Positions 30,936-42,058 are shown, counted from the first letter of the stretch. The stretch: DNA of 64,000 nt from Candidatus Bathyarchaeota archaeon (GCA_963767735.1 CAVYES010000005.1:480001-544000), one strand, 5' to 3'. Notes: generated from the sequence alone by a model not told the origin. Program-made: numbers and translations.

Positions 30936-31002
30936 TATTTCACCTCGATTATCTTATAGTGAGAAAAATTTAGCATTGAAATTTGGAAATTTTGGTTTGG
31001 AA

Positions 31003-31143
31003 TTAAGCTTTTTCGCCTTTTTTCTTGTTATCTGTAAAGCTCTTTTTTGATGCTTTCTTTCTTGATACACAAGTTAGCCGTACAGAAGATTTGCATCTGC
31101 GACAGTTCTTAACTAAACCCGCTCTCAACATACACATTTTCAT
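31003..31143 (-). CDS. putative small basic Cys-containing protein (46 aa)
   Basis: Read by hand: MKMCMLRAGLVKNCRRCKSSVRLTC...; GAGGT RBS immediately upstream. Confidence 0.35.
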   Translation of the reverse strand: MKMCMLRAGLVKNCRRCKSSVRLTCVSRKKASKKSFTDNKKKGEKA

Positions 31144-31428
31144 TTACCTCAATATTTCTTTTGAAAAGAATCAATTATACGAAAGGGGAAGCCCGAGAGG
31201 ATAAGAGAAACTCTTCAACTAACAGTTCTTCTGTCGAGCTTATAAAGGCACTTCTAAAGAAACGGTTTTTTAGAATAACAAAAAGCTATTTTCCAGATAA
31301 ATTAAACAAACGTAAAGTAAACCATAGAAAAACGATTTACCGTTAAGCCAAGCTAATATAGTTCTACACGCCTTTGTGTTTAAGGATTAGAATTCTTTGG
31401 AGAAGAGTTATACTCGGCATTCGCAAGT

Positions 31429-31656
31429 GTGCTTTCTTTCCAGATTGTTCTAAAAGAAGTGTTACGGAAAGAGGTTAACAAAATAATCTTAAAATGCTCA
31501 GAATGCGGAAATACCTTCAAAATAAATGAAGTTAAAGAGGGCGAGATAGTCGCTTGCCCAATTTGTGAAGCTGACTATAAAGTAGTAATTAAAGATGGAA
31601 AAACCCGATTAGAAGAATACGTTTATGAAACCGAAGACTTAGGCGAATTATCATAA
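31429..31656 (+). CDS. LysW/ArgW-like zinc-finger amino-group carrier protein (start uncertain)
   Basis: CSECG...GEIVACPICEADY...EDLGE. Confidence 0.65.
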   Translation: MLSFQIVLKEVLRKEVNKIILKCSECGNTFKINEVKEGEIVACPICEADYKVVIKDGKTRLEEYVYETEDLGELS

Positions 31657-31708
31657 TAACGCTGACTTTGCATAAAGTAAATTAATTTTTATACAAACAC
31701 AAACTGCG

Positions 31709-32020
31709 TTAACTTGCTAGTTCAACCCTTGTGCCTATCGCTTGACCGGGAACCCCATGCGTGAATCTTACTATGACCATTCCGTTTCTTCCGTGGGTAC
31801 TCATAATTTTTCCAACAAACTTGTTGTTGCCGCTTTTCCAAGTTACTTTTTGTCCCACGAGTTTGCCCGCTGAGGATGCGGAATCAATCGTTTCTAATTC
31901 AATTAAGCATTGTCTTGAGTACTGTGCTTTTGGACCTGTTCTGTAATTAACTATTCTTCCGTGTACTATTTGACTCAAAATATTCACCGCTTCGCTCCCC
32001 CAGTTAAGGTATACTAGCAT
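31709..32020 (-). CDS. rpl35ae: 50S ribosomal protein L35Ae (likely start TTG 31978)
   Basis: GRIVNYRTG...GKI..THG.NG.V.VRF..GVPGQAIG. Confidence 0.92.
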   Translation of the reverse strand: MLVYLNWGSEAVNILSQIVHGRIVNYRTGPKAQYSRQCLIELETIDSASSAGKLVGQKVTWKSGNNKFVGKIMSTHGRNGMVIVRFTHGVPGQAIGTRVELAS

Positions 32021-32298
32021 TTAAAGCTGCACTATTACACTTGGATAACGACTCCGATTTTGACAGCCAACTTCAGTAAATTTACCGTTTCATAAGTTTT
32101 TCATTATTTCTTTTGCAATAGCTTGATCTCTTTTTCCTTTTCTTAGTGCGGATTTAGAAATAGGGTCGCCGTTTCTGCTATCTTTGTTGGGGGTATCAAT
32201 TCCTCTTATTAGGGAGCCAAGCGGTAAACATTAAAAACCGAGATACTGATTTTGGGTTTCAAGGTTTTCCCGTTATTTTGTTTTAGGCGAAAGCATCT

Positions 32299-33240
32299 TT
32301 AGGTCGGCATATGTTTCCTCAAAAAGCCGATCCTCTTACATAGAAGGGGCAAGAGTTGGTCTGCTGCGAAGAACGCGATTGTGGCGTAGGCAATTCCACC
32401 TAAGACATCAGTAAAATAGTGTTCGCCAAGGTAGACTGCGCTAAACCAAGTTCCGACAGGTATCGATAATGCTGGGAGTGCTTTCCATTTCCAGATTTTG
32501 AACGCGAAAAGAAAGACCAGCCAGGGCATAGCTGAATGCATGCTGGGAAATGCGGCGTATGCGTTTGGGCTTAGAAAATCAAACAAGGTTTTGTAGACTG
32601 GAAGGCCTAGGCTGGCATCAACTGAACCAGTTAAGATTCGAGTAACGTCTGGAACGGCAATCCATGGAGGCGCGACGGGGTAAAAGAGGAAAGTTATCAA
32701 AGCACTGTATGTTAATACGGCGAAGGCAATGGTGTATTTCCAGTAGTGCTTGGGGGCTTTTTTCCAAACAATATAAGCAAAGACGGTTGGCACAAAAAAG
32801 TATATGCCGTAGAAAAAGGCTCCCATGTAATTTAAAACAGGCATCTTTATCGTTTCTTGAAGAATTAGGCTTGGCACTTGCCCGAACATTTGCATATCCA
32901 AATTGTAGGGTCCCGTCTGAAGACTGTACTGCGAGATAGTGCCTATAAAACTGTACATTACTTCATAAGAGACAAACACAGTGACGAATGGAAGCCAATC
33001 TTTAAGGGCATGCCAGGTCCGTTCATTATACGTACAGTAAATTAGGATGCCTAAAACTAGAAATTCAGGTCCAGGAATAATTTTGTATATAATGCAGAAA
33101 ATAGCCACCGCTACAATGTATAATGCTGATAAAAGAAGAGAGAAGAAGCGGGTAGAGCGATAATTAATATTTTTCAATGCACCCTTTGATTTCTCGCCTT
33201 CTTCTCGGTTTTTTTCCATTACCCAATCATTACCAGACAC
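32299..33240 (-). CDS. PAP2-family (Aur1/IPC synthase-like) membrane protein
   Basis: YPVAPPW, AAFPSMH, VYLGEHYFTD motifs and TM helices. Confidence 0.85.
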   Translation of the reverse strand: MSGNDWVMEKNREEGEKSKGALKNINYRSTRFFSLLLSALYIVAVAIFCIIYKIIPGPEFLVLGILIYCTYNERTWHALKDWLPFVTVFVSYEVMYSFIGTISQYSLQTGPYNLDMQMFGQVPSLILQETIKMPVLNYMGAFFYGIYFFVPTVFAYIVWKKAPKHYWKYTIAFAVLTYSALITFLFYPVAPPWIAVPDVTRILTGSVDASLGLPVYKTLFDFLSPNAYAAFPSMHSAMPWLVFLFAFKIWKWKALPALSIPVGTWFSAVYLGEHYFTDVLGGIAYATIAFFAADQLLPLLCKRIGFLRKHMPT

Positions 33241-33429
33241 TTAGCTTGTATGTTGCTTTTTAAATGCTTTTTCCCAATTCCACCCCTAAAAAACAAAAAA
33301 TGCTTTAGACGCATACTGGGTAAAACCGACTATTGCACTTTAATTTGCCACTTCACGGGTATAGAGTGCATTTCAGCATTAGCCAACGTCTAAATGGATT
33401 GCTATGTAATAAAAAGTGCAGGCAAAAAT

Positions 33430-34065
33430 TTAGGCTGGCATAAAATAGCTCGGGCTGCCGTAAAAAGCTACGTTTCTAGCCATGGTTCGAGCTGCATGCG
33501 AGCTTTGGCAAAGCTTACTGATATTTGACATAAGCTGATAGGACGCTTTTAAAGCCAAGTTTAAGTCGTGGTTTGTTAAGAATTTTGCTTCTATATTTAG
33601 CGCTGTCCCTTGAATGTTTGCTGCTATTTGGATGCCGCCGTCTTCCGTAATCCACTTCAAGGTGACGCCTTGATTATTTTCTGATATGCCTAGCCAACGT
33701 AGACAACCAAACCATTTACCTTTAAGCGACAGAATGAGTTGTTGCGTCATAAGGTCTGATGGAAGGAAAGTCTGAATCAGCGGCGTCGTTGATTCCTCTT
33801 TGCGCGGTTGGTTAAGTTTCAGTTCAGTTATCTTTGGAGTGACCCTGTAGCCTTCGGGTCCTTTTCTCACGATGCCCTCTTCCTCCAGTCGAACAAGTAT
33901 GCGCGAGAGTGTTTCCGAATGCAGTCCTGTTCTTCGTTTTAACCCATCAAACGTGAATATAGCTAAGTCTTCTGTTTCAATTAGTGCCAACACGTCAGCG
34001 TCGCGTTCGCTAAGGGAGTAGTCAGCTGGAAGGCTTTGCCAATTAACATTCAGAACAGGTATCAT
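33430..34065 (-). CDS. winged-helix domain protein
   Basis: FTFDGLKRRTGLHSETLSRIL.RLEEEG. Confidence 0.7.
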   Translation of the reverse strand: MIPVLNVNWQSLPADYSLSERDADVLALIETEDLAIFTFDGLKRRTGLHSETLSRILVRLEEEGIVRKGPEGYRVTPKITELKLNQPRKEESTTPLIQTFLPSDLMTQQLILSLKGKWFGCLRWLGISENNQGVTLKWITEDGGIQIAANIQGTALNIEAKFLTNHDLNLALKASYQLMSNISKLCQSSHAARTMARNVAFYGSPSYFMPA

Positions 34066-34198
34066 TATTCTAATTTTAGGTTACGGAGTTGCTTTTGAAT
34101 GTTGCTTATTTTTTTCATGAAAAGCAACAATGCAAAGGATACTTGGATTACTGAATAGTTGCCTTGCTTTTGCTTGAACTTTACCTTTCTTTGGATTG

Positions 34199-34843
34199 TT
34201 ACCTTAAGGTCACTTTTTCGCCGGTGGCAATGTAGACTACGGCTTCCATAATGTGTGTGGCATGATCCGCAATACGTTCAAGATATCTTACTACGAGCGT
34301 ACTTGATACGGTGCAGTCATTTGTGACGCCTGCAGTCTTCACCAGTTTACCCAGAAATTCGAGGTACATGTCATCTACTCCTTGCTCGGTTTTAGTCATC
34401 TTCTTAACGAGCTCTACATCCAAGCTTCTTAGGGAGTTAATGCTTGTTGTGACCATTTGGAGAACTTTTTCAGCCATTTTCTCTATGTACTCAAATACCC
34501 ACCCATCACAAGTGCTGTGTCCATTGAAACGTGTGCTGATAAAAGAGATGTCCCAAGCATACCTGCCGTAACGCTCAAAATCGTAGGCTACTTTCATGTA
34601 AGAGTTTATGATTCGTAAGTCAGAAGCTACTGGCTGATACTTTGCGATCAAACTGAAAGCTTTTTCTTCAACCTCGACAGTGTTTCCTACGAGAATTTCG
34701 GAGATTTCATGGACATCGTTTGAAGTATCTTTGCTTTCGAGAAAGCCTCTTAACGATATTGCTACCGCTTTTTCGGCATCTTTACCCATCTTGACAACCA
34801 TTGTTGTTATTTCTTCTAAGCCTTTATCTAGCAGTCTTTGCAT
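34199..34843 (-). CDS. phoU: phosphate signalling protein PhoU
   Basis: QPVASDLR, DFERYGRYA, YLERIADHA. Last gene of the pst operon. Confidence 0.9.
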   Translation of the reverse strand: MQRLLDKGLEEITTMVVKMGKDAEKAVAISLRGFLESKDTSNDVHEISEILVGNTVEVEEKAFSLIAKYQPVASDLRIINSYMKVAYDFERYGRYAWDISFISTRFNGHSTCDGWVFEYIEKMAEKVLQMVTTSINSLRSLDVELVKKMTKTEQGVDDMYLEFLGKLVKTAGVTNDCTVSSTLVVRYLERIADHATHIMEAVVYIATGEKVTLR

Positions 34844-34852
34844 AATTTCACT

Positions 34853-35659
34853 TTATCCGAACTTTCCAGTTATGTATTTTTCTGTTAACTCACTTTTTGG
34901 ATTCTCGAATACTTCTGAGGTTGTGTCGAACTCTATTAGCTGACCTAGATACATGAAAGCGGTGAAATCTGAAACCCGAGCAGCCTGTTGCATATTATGA
35001 GTCACAATTATAATCGTGAACTCCTTTTTAAGCTCAACAATTGACTCTTCAATTTTAGCTGTGGCGATAGGGTCAAGCGCTGAGCAGGGCTCGTCCATAA
35101 GAATTATTTCTGGCTCGACCGCAAGAGCTCGTGCTATGCATAGTCTCTGCTGTTGTCCCCCGGACAAGTCAACTCCCGATTTTTTAAGATCATCTTTGAC
35201 TTCGTCCCAGAGGAAAGCCATCCGAAGGCTTCTTTCTGCCACCTGGTCAAGTGTCTCTTTGTTTCTTACACCAGCGAGTTTCAAGCCTGCTATCGTATTT
35301 TCAAATATGGACATTGTAGGAAAAGGATTGGCCTTCTGGAAAACCATACCTATTCTTCTGCGAATAGCAACTGGATCAACCTGCGGCGAATAAATGTTCA
35401 CTCCATCCAAAATGACCTCTCCTTCGACTTTTGCATTCGGCGTCAATTCATGAATTCGGTTGAGACATCTTATCAACGTGGTTTTTCCACATCCAGAAGG
35501 ACCCATAATAGCAGTTACCTTATTTTCAGGGAAGCTTAAGTTGATCCCCTTTAGAACTTGTACTTTCCCAAAATTGGCTTTCAAGTCTTTCGTTGATAAC
35601 TTAACCGTCGTTGAATCAAGGTTTTTATTTTTGCTTATTTTAATTGTCCCTCCTAACAT
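34853..35659 (-). CDS. pstB: phosphate ABC transporter ATPase
   Basis: [43 protein letters not shown]. Confidence 0.97.
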   Translation of the reverse strand: MLGGTIKISKNKNLDSTTVKLSTKDLKANFGKVQVLKGINLSFPENKVTAIMGPSGCGKTTLIRCLNRIHELTPNAKVEGEVILDGVNIYSPQVDPVAIRRRIGMVFQKANPFPTMSIFENTIAGLKLAGVRNKETLDQVAERSLRMAFLWDEVKDDLKKSGVDLSGGQQQRLCIARALAVEPEIILMDEPCSALDPIATAKIEESIVELKKEFTIIIVTHNMQQAARVSDFTAFMYLGQLIEFDTTSEVFENPKSELTEKYITGKFG

Positions 35660-35697
35660 AATTTTGCATGCGACCTATTGAATTTTTAGTCATTATC

Positions 35698-36576
35698 CTA
35701 CGCATACATCCTTGCTCCTTTTATTTTTCTTCCTACCGTAAGCTTGACCAAAAGATTCAATGCGAGCATAATAAGTATTAGGACTAAAGCTGCACCCCAC
35801 GCCTGAGTTTGCCAAGATGTGTACGGAGAAGTAGCGTAATTGTAGATGAGTACGGTCATTGAAGCTGTCGGCTGAAATATACTTTTGGCAAAGTAAATGC
35901 TTGAAGATGCTGTTAATAGGATAGGAGCTGTTTCTCCTGTCGCACGCGCCACGGCCAACAATATGCCAGTTAACAGCCCGTTTTTCCCTGTGCCTATAAC
36001 GATTCTAAGCACAGTTTTCCATCTTGGGATTCCAAGAGCCAGCGACGCTTCCCTCAATGTCATTGGAACAAGCTTAAGAGATTCACCTGTTGTCCTCGCG
36101 ATGATAGGAAGCATCACGAAACTAAGGGCGACACCACCTGCAAAAGCAGAAAACTGTTTCGAAGGTAAGACAATTATGACAAAAACGAACAGTCCCAACA
36201 CAATTGAGGGAAATCCAGTAAGCACATCGTTCATAAAACTTGAAAACGTGGAAAGCTTAGAGTTAGACCATTCTGAAAAAAAGATGCCGGCCCCAATACC
36301 TATGGGTACAGAGATAAGAGCGGCTATACCCACCATCGTGAAAGTTCCAACTATGGCGTTGGCTATTCCTCCGCTTGAAACATTTAGTGGGTTCTGCGCA
36401 CGGGTAAGAAAACCTATGCTTAGAGCGGGTGCCCCTCGCATGAAAACGTCTCCGAGTATGAGTATTAGCGGTATTATTGCCAAGGCAACAGCGATTATAA
36501 CTAATACAGTCATTAATTTGTTAACGATTTTTCGCCAGAGTGAAATACTCGCGGGCAGATTATATTTTGTTGCCAC
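35698..36576 (-). CDS. pstA: phosphate ABC transporter permease
   Basis: PSIVLGLF, LREASLALG, ARATGETAP. Confidence 0.95.
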   Translation of the reverse strand: MATKYNLPASISLWRKIVNKLMTVLVIIAVALAIIPLILILGDVFMRGAPALSIGFLTRAQNPLNVSSGGIANAIVGTFTMVGIAALISVPIGIGAGIFFSEWSNSKLSTFSSFMNDVLTGFPSIVLGLFVFVIIVLPSKQFSAFAGGVALSFVMLPIIARTTGESLKLVPMTLREASLALGIPRWKTVLRIVIGTGKNGLLTGILLAVARATGETAPILLTASSSIYFAKSIFQPTASMTVLIYNYATSPYTSWQTQAWGAALVLILIMLALNLLVKLTVGRKIKGARMYA

Positions 36577-36587
36577 CTCAAACCCCC

Positions 36588-37517
36588 CTAAGCTTTAATT
36601 TCCTTTCCACGAGTCATCCTCCAAAGCAGTATCCGAGCAAGACCATTAATTAATACAGCTACAAAAAACAAGATTAAACCTAATTCGATTAAAGCCCCTA
36701 GAAAAACCCCTGAAGACTCGCCGAATTGATTGGCGATAATTGAAGATAAAGTGGCGCCAGGCGAGAACAAACTTGAAGAAACCGAAGGAATGTTACCGAT
36801 CACCATGGTAACAGCCATAGTTTCGCCGAAAGCCCGTCCCAGCCCCAAAATAAACCCACCAAATATACCCGACCGGGCATACGGCAAAACGCTTTTCTGA
36901 GTAACCTCCCAATCTGTAGCGCCAAGCGAGTACATTGCTTCACGCTGACTATTTGGAACCACACTTAAAACATCTCTAGTGACTGCTGACATCGTTGGAA
37001 TAATCATTATTGCTAATATGATTCCAGCGGTAAAAAAATCGTATCCAAAAGGATGTCCCGAGAATAAAGAGATGAAACCAAGAGACTTATTCAGGGGCTT
37101 TTCAACATAATCCTTCAAAAGTGGTATTAAGACAAAAACTCCCCATAGACCGTAAATAACACTGGGCACAGCAGCGAGGAGATCAACTATTGTTCCTAAC
37201 ATATAACCAAAGGTTTGATGGCTTTTTAGCTTCTCAGAGATAAAGATAGCTATCCCCAAACTGATTGGGAAACCGATTACAATAGCAATCGCCGAAGTAA
37301 CCAATGTTCCATAAATAAACGGCCAAGCACCAAATACATTATTACTTGGTTGCCATTTCGATCCAACCAAAAAGCTTGGCCCGAATTTAAATAATGATGG
37401 CGCTGAGCCGAGAAAAAGTTCAACAGCAAGTCCAACAACAACGCCGATAACGAACAAAGCTGTTGCTGCAAGAAGGATTTTTAGTATTACATCTCCTCTT
37501 AGCAGCCTGAATCGCAA
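36588..37517 (-). CDS. pstC: phosphate ABC transporter permease
   Basis: LAAVPSVIYGLWG, GRAFGETMAV. Confidence 0.95.
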   Translation of the reverse strand: MRFRLLRGDVILKILLAATALFVIGVVVGLAVELFLGSAPSLFKFGPSFLVGSKWQPSNNVFGAWPFIYGTLVTSAIAIVIGFPISLGIAIFISEKLKSHQTFGYMLGTIVDLLAAVPSVIYGLWGVFVLIPLLKDYVEKPLNKSLGFISLFSGHPFGYDFFTAGIILAIMIIPTMSAVTRDVLSVVPNSQREAMYSLGATDWEVTQKSVLPYARSGIFGGFILGLGRAFGETMAVTMVIGNIPSVSSSLFSPGATLSSIIANQFGESSGVFLGALIELGLILFFVAVLINGLARILLWRMTRGKEIKA

Positions 37518-37583
37518 TTTTGCGGTCCTCAGTATTTTTGGTTAATTTAAAAAAGATAGGGAAGAATAGCTATTAAATTATAG

Positions 37584-38926
37584 CTAAACTATTGGTGCTC
37601 CACCGTTGTAGGTTATTGTATCGATTGATGCTGTGTCTACCGCGACTACGTTGGCTGGCAACGGGACGTATCCTAAACCTGATCCTAATGATTGACCGGC
37701 GGGGCTTACGACCCACTGTAGGAAGTTGACGAGGGCTGCGGCTGAGGCAGCGTTAGTAATGGACGATGGAGTCTGGTTTTGATATACTAGCGCATAGGTC
37801 ATGGTTGCAATTGGATACACAGTTGTGGCTGCTGTATCGGTGAATATGTTGTCGACTATCGATACGCTTGTCCATGAGGCACTTCCCAATGGAAGACCGT
37901 AGAGGCTCCGGCTGAAAGGGCTGCTCCAATGTTTGTTACGTTAGCTAAGATGAAGTTGCTTGCGGCGTTTTCAACAGCGCCGTAGTAAAGTGAGCTTTGA
38001 CCTGTGTTTTCAAGTATATAAGCTATTTCAAGTGGACCGATTGCTCCATTATTTCCGGAAATGGCTGCTGCTACACCTGCATTTTTGGGAGCTGCTATAG
38101 TACCGCCTGAAGTAGTTACCCAATTGGGGGTTGTACTCTCTCCAATGGTTGTCTTAAATGCTGAGCTTGAGTCAGATAAGAAATCGCTGAAGGCGAACAT
38201 GGTTCCGCTTCCATCAGATCGATGAACAGTGATTATAGGCGTACTAGGCAATTGAGCTGCTACGGCTGGACTTTGTAAAGCTTGAATTGAAGGGTCATTC
38301 CAAGTTGTTACAGTTCCCAAGAAAATATTTGCAAGAACTGCGCCAGTGAAATTGAGACCATTCTGACAAACTGAACCGTTGAGAAGCTTTAGATTATATG
38401 CTGGTACGACTGCGCTGGCGGATATTGGAATTGTTAATGCTGTTGTGCCCGAGGGAAGTGCCGCGTACTGTGCTGCGGTCATAGGTGCATCTGATTCACC
38501 GAAATTGACTACTTGATTCTTAAAATCCGTAATTCCTGCGCCGCTTCCTTCTGCATTGTAGTTAACTGTTATTTGTGGTTCGGCTGATCCATAGGCGCCT
38601 TGCCAAACAGACATTAGCGGAGCGACAAGTGTACCTCCGCCGCCGTTTATCGTTGCTGACGCTAACGGCGCTGCGGTTGGTACTGGGGTTGCTGTTGGAA
38701 CTGGAGTTTCAATTATAACTATGGGTGTAGGTGCAGGTGCAGTTGTGGGTGCAACAGTGGGTTTAGCCGTTGGTGCAGCTGTTGGTGTAGCTGTTGGTGC
38801 AGGCGTTGCTGCGGGTTTTGAGGGGGTTGATAACGCTATGTACGCAAAAGCTCCTCCTACGATGATAACGATTACAATGATTGCTGCTACAATTATATAC
38901 GTAGTTTTCATTTTTTTAACCTTCAA
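37584..38926 (-). CDS. pstS: phosphate-binding protein PstS, frameshifted at ~37895
   Basis: N-terminal TM plus P/T/A linker, GSGAG, HRSDGSGT. The second frame (GLPLGSASW...YPI...LGYVPLP) completes the protein. Confidence 0.88.
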
Positions 38927-38972
38927 TAGCCTATTTAGTGCCTCATTATAAGAGTGTGACCTCCATAAACAC

Positions 38973-38983
38973 TATAGACTATA
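38973..38983 (-). promoter_or_regulatory. candidate phosphate-regulon box upstream of pstS
   Basis: TATAGTCTATA on the minus strand, identical to 39392-39402. Confidence 0.4.
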
Positions 38984-39391
38984 TATAAAATCAATTCACA
39001 TATGTATAATACATAATATTTTAAAATGGCAAAGAATCAGCCTATAAACATATAAAAAAAAGCTTAGATGCGACTAATTGCAAAAGGGACAGAAAAATAG
39101 GAACAAAGAAAATTCCAATTTACAAGGGTTCGGATTCTTTTCATTTCCAAATCAAGGGGTAATGCGGAATAAGCTTAAAGGATGGAGCCCTCTGCGTTCC
39201 ATTAAGTTACCGGTGGGCTGTGAGTTGTTTGTGAGTGGTGAGCGTACGTTGTTGTTATGCGCCTATCGCGGTGATGGCAATTATTGTGATTATTTGCATG
39301 TATTTAGGTCTCATAGTTTTCGTTCATCGGTTTTTTAAAACTGAAAATGCCTGATTTTTATATAGTAAATTTAGTAAATATCCATAAAATT

Positions 39392-39402
39392 TATAGTCTA
39401 TA
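39392..39402 (+). promoter_or_regulatory. candidate phosphate-regulon box upstream of AbrB-PhoU regulator
   Basis: TATAGTCTATA, same 11-mer as upstream of pstS. Confidence 0.4.
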
Positions 39403-39419
39403 TAGATATAACTAATATA

Positions 39420-40505
39420 TTGATGCACCATAAAAGAGCTAACTTGGCGTTAAGCGTGACTAAAGAAGTAGAGAAGCAAAACGAAGAGCAACGCAAGCTT
39501 CAGGTGACAGGCGGATCAACCTTTATACTTTCATTACCCAAAGATTGGGCGATTCGAAATGAGCTTAAACGGGGAAGCTCAATGGTGGTACGCGAGGAAG
39601 ACGATGGATCTCTGTCTATATCGCCTTCAAAGTTTGTAAAGAAAGAGAAGCAAGATGAAGCTTTCATCAAAGCATCCTTAAACGATAATCCTGACGCCGT
39701 TATGAGAACCGCCATTTCCGCCTATTTAGACGGCTTCAACATCCTGCACATTAGAGCGCAGGGACAAAAACTTCTCTCCTCAAAACTTAGAAATCACCTC
39801 AAAACCTTTGCCCGACACTACTTGGTTGGAACAGAAATCGTGATAGATACCCCAACCGAGTTGACCCTGCAGGTTTTGCTTAATTATCCTGAACTCACGG
39901 TTCAAAACGCACTTAGCCGAATGTCAATAATAGCCTCCTCTATGCATAAAGAAGCCATAGCAGCACTAAAAAAGCTGGATTATTCAGCTGCAAAATCGGT
40001 TATTGAAACCGACCGTGAAGTTAACCGCTTCGGCCTCTACATAGTGCGGTTGCTTAAGCTGGCTGTTTCAAACCCAAGAATCGTCAAAGAAATCGGATTA
40101 AACAGCCAAAAAGACTGTTTAGGGTACAGGCTTATAGCGAAAGCCGTTGAGAGAACCGCGGACCACGCAACAAAAATCGCTGAAAACACCCTTCTCCTGA
40201 AAGAGATTGTAAATGTGGAGCTTATAGAAAAAATAAGTCAGCTGAGTAGTTTGGCCAATTCAATGTTTGAAACCTCTATGGACGCGTTATTTAGACATGA
40301 CTTTAACTTAGCTGAAGGCGTAATTGAAAAAATAAGCCAAGTGCACAAATTAGAGAAAGAAACCGTTCTTTACTCCCAAAATGTCAAGGTTGAAGAAATC
40401 GCTAACCTAAGGCTACTGATCGAGAGTGTAAGGAGAACAGCAGAATACGCCAGTGACATTTCCGAAATTGTGCTAAACTTAAATGTCGAATCAGTCCTAA
40501 GCTAG
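39420..40505 (+). CDS. AbrB-PhoU archaeal phosphate uptake regulator
   Basis: RKLQVTGGSTFILSLPKDW AbrB domain plus two PhoU repeats (ERTADHA, RRTAEYA). Confidence 0.92.
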   Translation: MMHHKRANLALSVTKEVEKQNEEQRKLQVTGGSTFILSLPKDWAIRNELKRGSSMVVREEDDGSLSISPSKFVKKEKQDEAFIKASLNDNPDAVMRTAISAYLDGFNILHIRAQGQKLLSSKLRNHLKTFARHYLVGTEIVIDTPTELTLQVLLNYPELTVQNALSRMSIIASSMHKEAIAALKKLDYSAAKSVIETDREVNRFGLYIVRLLKLAVSNPRIVKEIGLNSQKDCLGYRLIAKAVERTADHATKIAENTLLLKEIVNVELIEKISQLSSLANSMFETSMDALFRHDFNLAEGVIEKISQVHKLEKETVLYSQNVKVEEIANLRLLIESVRRTAEYASDISEIVLNLNVESVLS

Positions 40506-41095
40506 TTTCTTAAACCTACTTTTTTTGATTGCCTAGCAAAAACGCTATCTCTCTTATGCTAGGGAGCGAAAAACAGAAAAGAAATTAATATAGGCTTAGT
40601 GAGTCCCGGACCCATTTTGGGACATATTGAGTTAAGCTACGCGCGGTTTACTGAAAGGCTTCAAAGAAACAGATTACATCGGGGCTTTGATTTATGCTGG
40701 AATTGTCAATCAGATGAGCTGTTCCGTCTGGGCAATAAACTTTGTCGCCTTTAAAAGTTTTTTTGTATCGTACACTGCATTCCTTAAGCATGGTGCAACC
40801 GTCGCAATCTCTTGAGAGCATTCATTTTTCACCTCTACTTATTTTCAAATAGAAATTGGTTTGAGGCACCTATAGAGATTCTGTCCATAATATATATAGA
40901 AAACAATGCACAGATTAACTCTTAAAAAATATGAGGAACGAGCGTACTCAGCAATTGGTTTGTTAAGCTTCAAATTTAGCGTTTTTAGATTTCAGACGCA
41001 ATTTTTCTGCAAACCGCGCATTCAATTTAGTTTGGCAAGTAAATGCTTCCAAGTATGTCAACTCCGAAACGGAAAGCAACATTTTTCAACGCCAT

Positions 41096-41155
41096 TAAAC
41101 AGAAAGAAACGCTGTTAAACAGAAAGAAACGCTGCTAAACGGAAAAGAACGCAGA
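41096..41155 (+). repeat. 20-bp tandem repeat, ~3 copies
   Basis: TAAACAGAAAGAAACGCTGT / ...GCTGC / TAAACGGAAAAGAACGCAGA. Confidence 0.75.
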
Positions 41156-41160
41156 AAAAC

Positions 41161-41200
41161 GCAACCTGCAAATGTTCCTAACCCTGAATCAAAAAAGCAG
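41161..41200 (+). repeat. dispersed ~40-bp intergenic repeat, copy 1
   Basis: GCAACCTGCAAATGTTCCTAACCCTGAATCAAAAAAGCAG. Its reverse complement matches 44225-44263 at 33/39 by manual alignment. Confidence 0.7.
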
Positions 41201-41302
41201 ACAGAAACGCAAAGAACAAAATCTTAGACCAAGACAAACTAAAAGCGCACTGAGAAACATTTAAGAAATAAGAAACAACCTGTAAAGAGCCCGAGACGGC
41301 TG

Positions 41303-41959
41303 ATGAAGCAAATCGGATTGAAAGTGAAAGGCATTTTCTTGGATTTAGACGGCACAATAGTTGACTCCAGAGAAGCCTACAAGGAAGCTGCAAGAATAGC
41401 TTGTGAAGCCGTCGGGCAAAAACCGCTAGCTGACAAAGCTGCCTTTGAGATTCCTAGAAGGCTCGAGCAGGGTCTCACAATCAGCGACATCGTAAAGGGC
41501 AACTCTAAAAAATTTCTAAGCATATACTTTGAAACTTACTACTCCATTACCCGAGAAAAAACCAGACTTATACCTAATGTTTCCGAAACGCTTGAAAGCT
41601 TATCGGCAAAAACCAAACTTGCCCTAATAACCATGCGGTATGCCCCCAAACAAGCCATAATAGCAGAGCTAGAGTGCTTTGGCATATCAAAATATTTCAC
41701 TCATGTTGTAACCGCGCTGGATACTTCTAAGCCAAAGCCATCTCCTGATGCGTTAATTGCATGTGTCAAAGCCTTAGATGTTGAAATATGTGACTGTATC
41801 ATTGCAGGGGACTCGGTTAACGATGTTCGCGCTGGGAAAGCCGCGGGCGCGAGAACTGTGGCAGTTTTATCTGGGCTTTTTCAATGCGAAGAGCTACTCA
41901 AAGAACGCCCCGATTTAATTTTAAACGATGTCAATGCTCTTCCAAAGTTTATCAAATAA
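41303..41959 (+). CDS. HAD-family phosphatase (phosphoglycolate phosphatase-like)
   Basis: DLDGTIVDS, KPSPD, GDSVND. Confidence 0.9.
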   Translation: MKQIGLKVKGIFLDLDGTIVDSREAYKEAARIACEAVGQKPLADKAAFEIPRRLEQGLTISDIVKGNSKKFLSIYFETYYSITREKTRLIPNVSETLESLSAKTKLALITMRYAPKQAIIAELECFGISKYFTHVVTALDTSKPKPSPDALIACVKALDVEICDCIIAGDSVNDVRAGKAAGARTVAVLSGLFQCEELLKERPDLILNDVNALPKFIK

Positions 41960-42058
41960 CTCCTATGGCATATTTCAGAATTTGAAATATTGCTAGAACC
42001 TGAATAGCCAGTTATATTCCTCAATAAAAATAAGGTTTAATAAAAACCTCAATCTAAC

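Noticed and set aside
35016-36598. Long plus-strand ORFs (e.g. 35897-36598)
   Set aside because: Antisense shadows of pstA/pstB.
38690-38830. Repetitive GTTGG/GCAG tract
   Set aside because: It encodes the Pro/Thr/Ala linker of PstS.
39078-39338. 86-aa ORF in the pstS-regulator gap (and similar 40906-41118)
   Set aside because: No motif or RBS support; likely non-coding.
41096-41155. Possible CRISPR array
   Set aside because: Units are contiguous with no spacers, and there are no cas genes.
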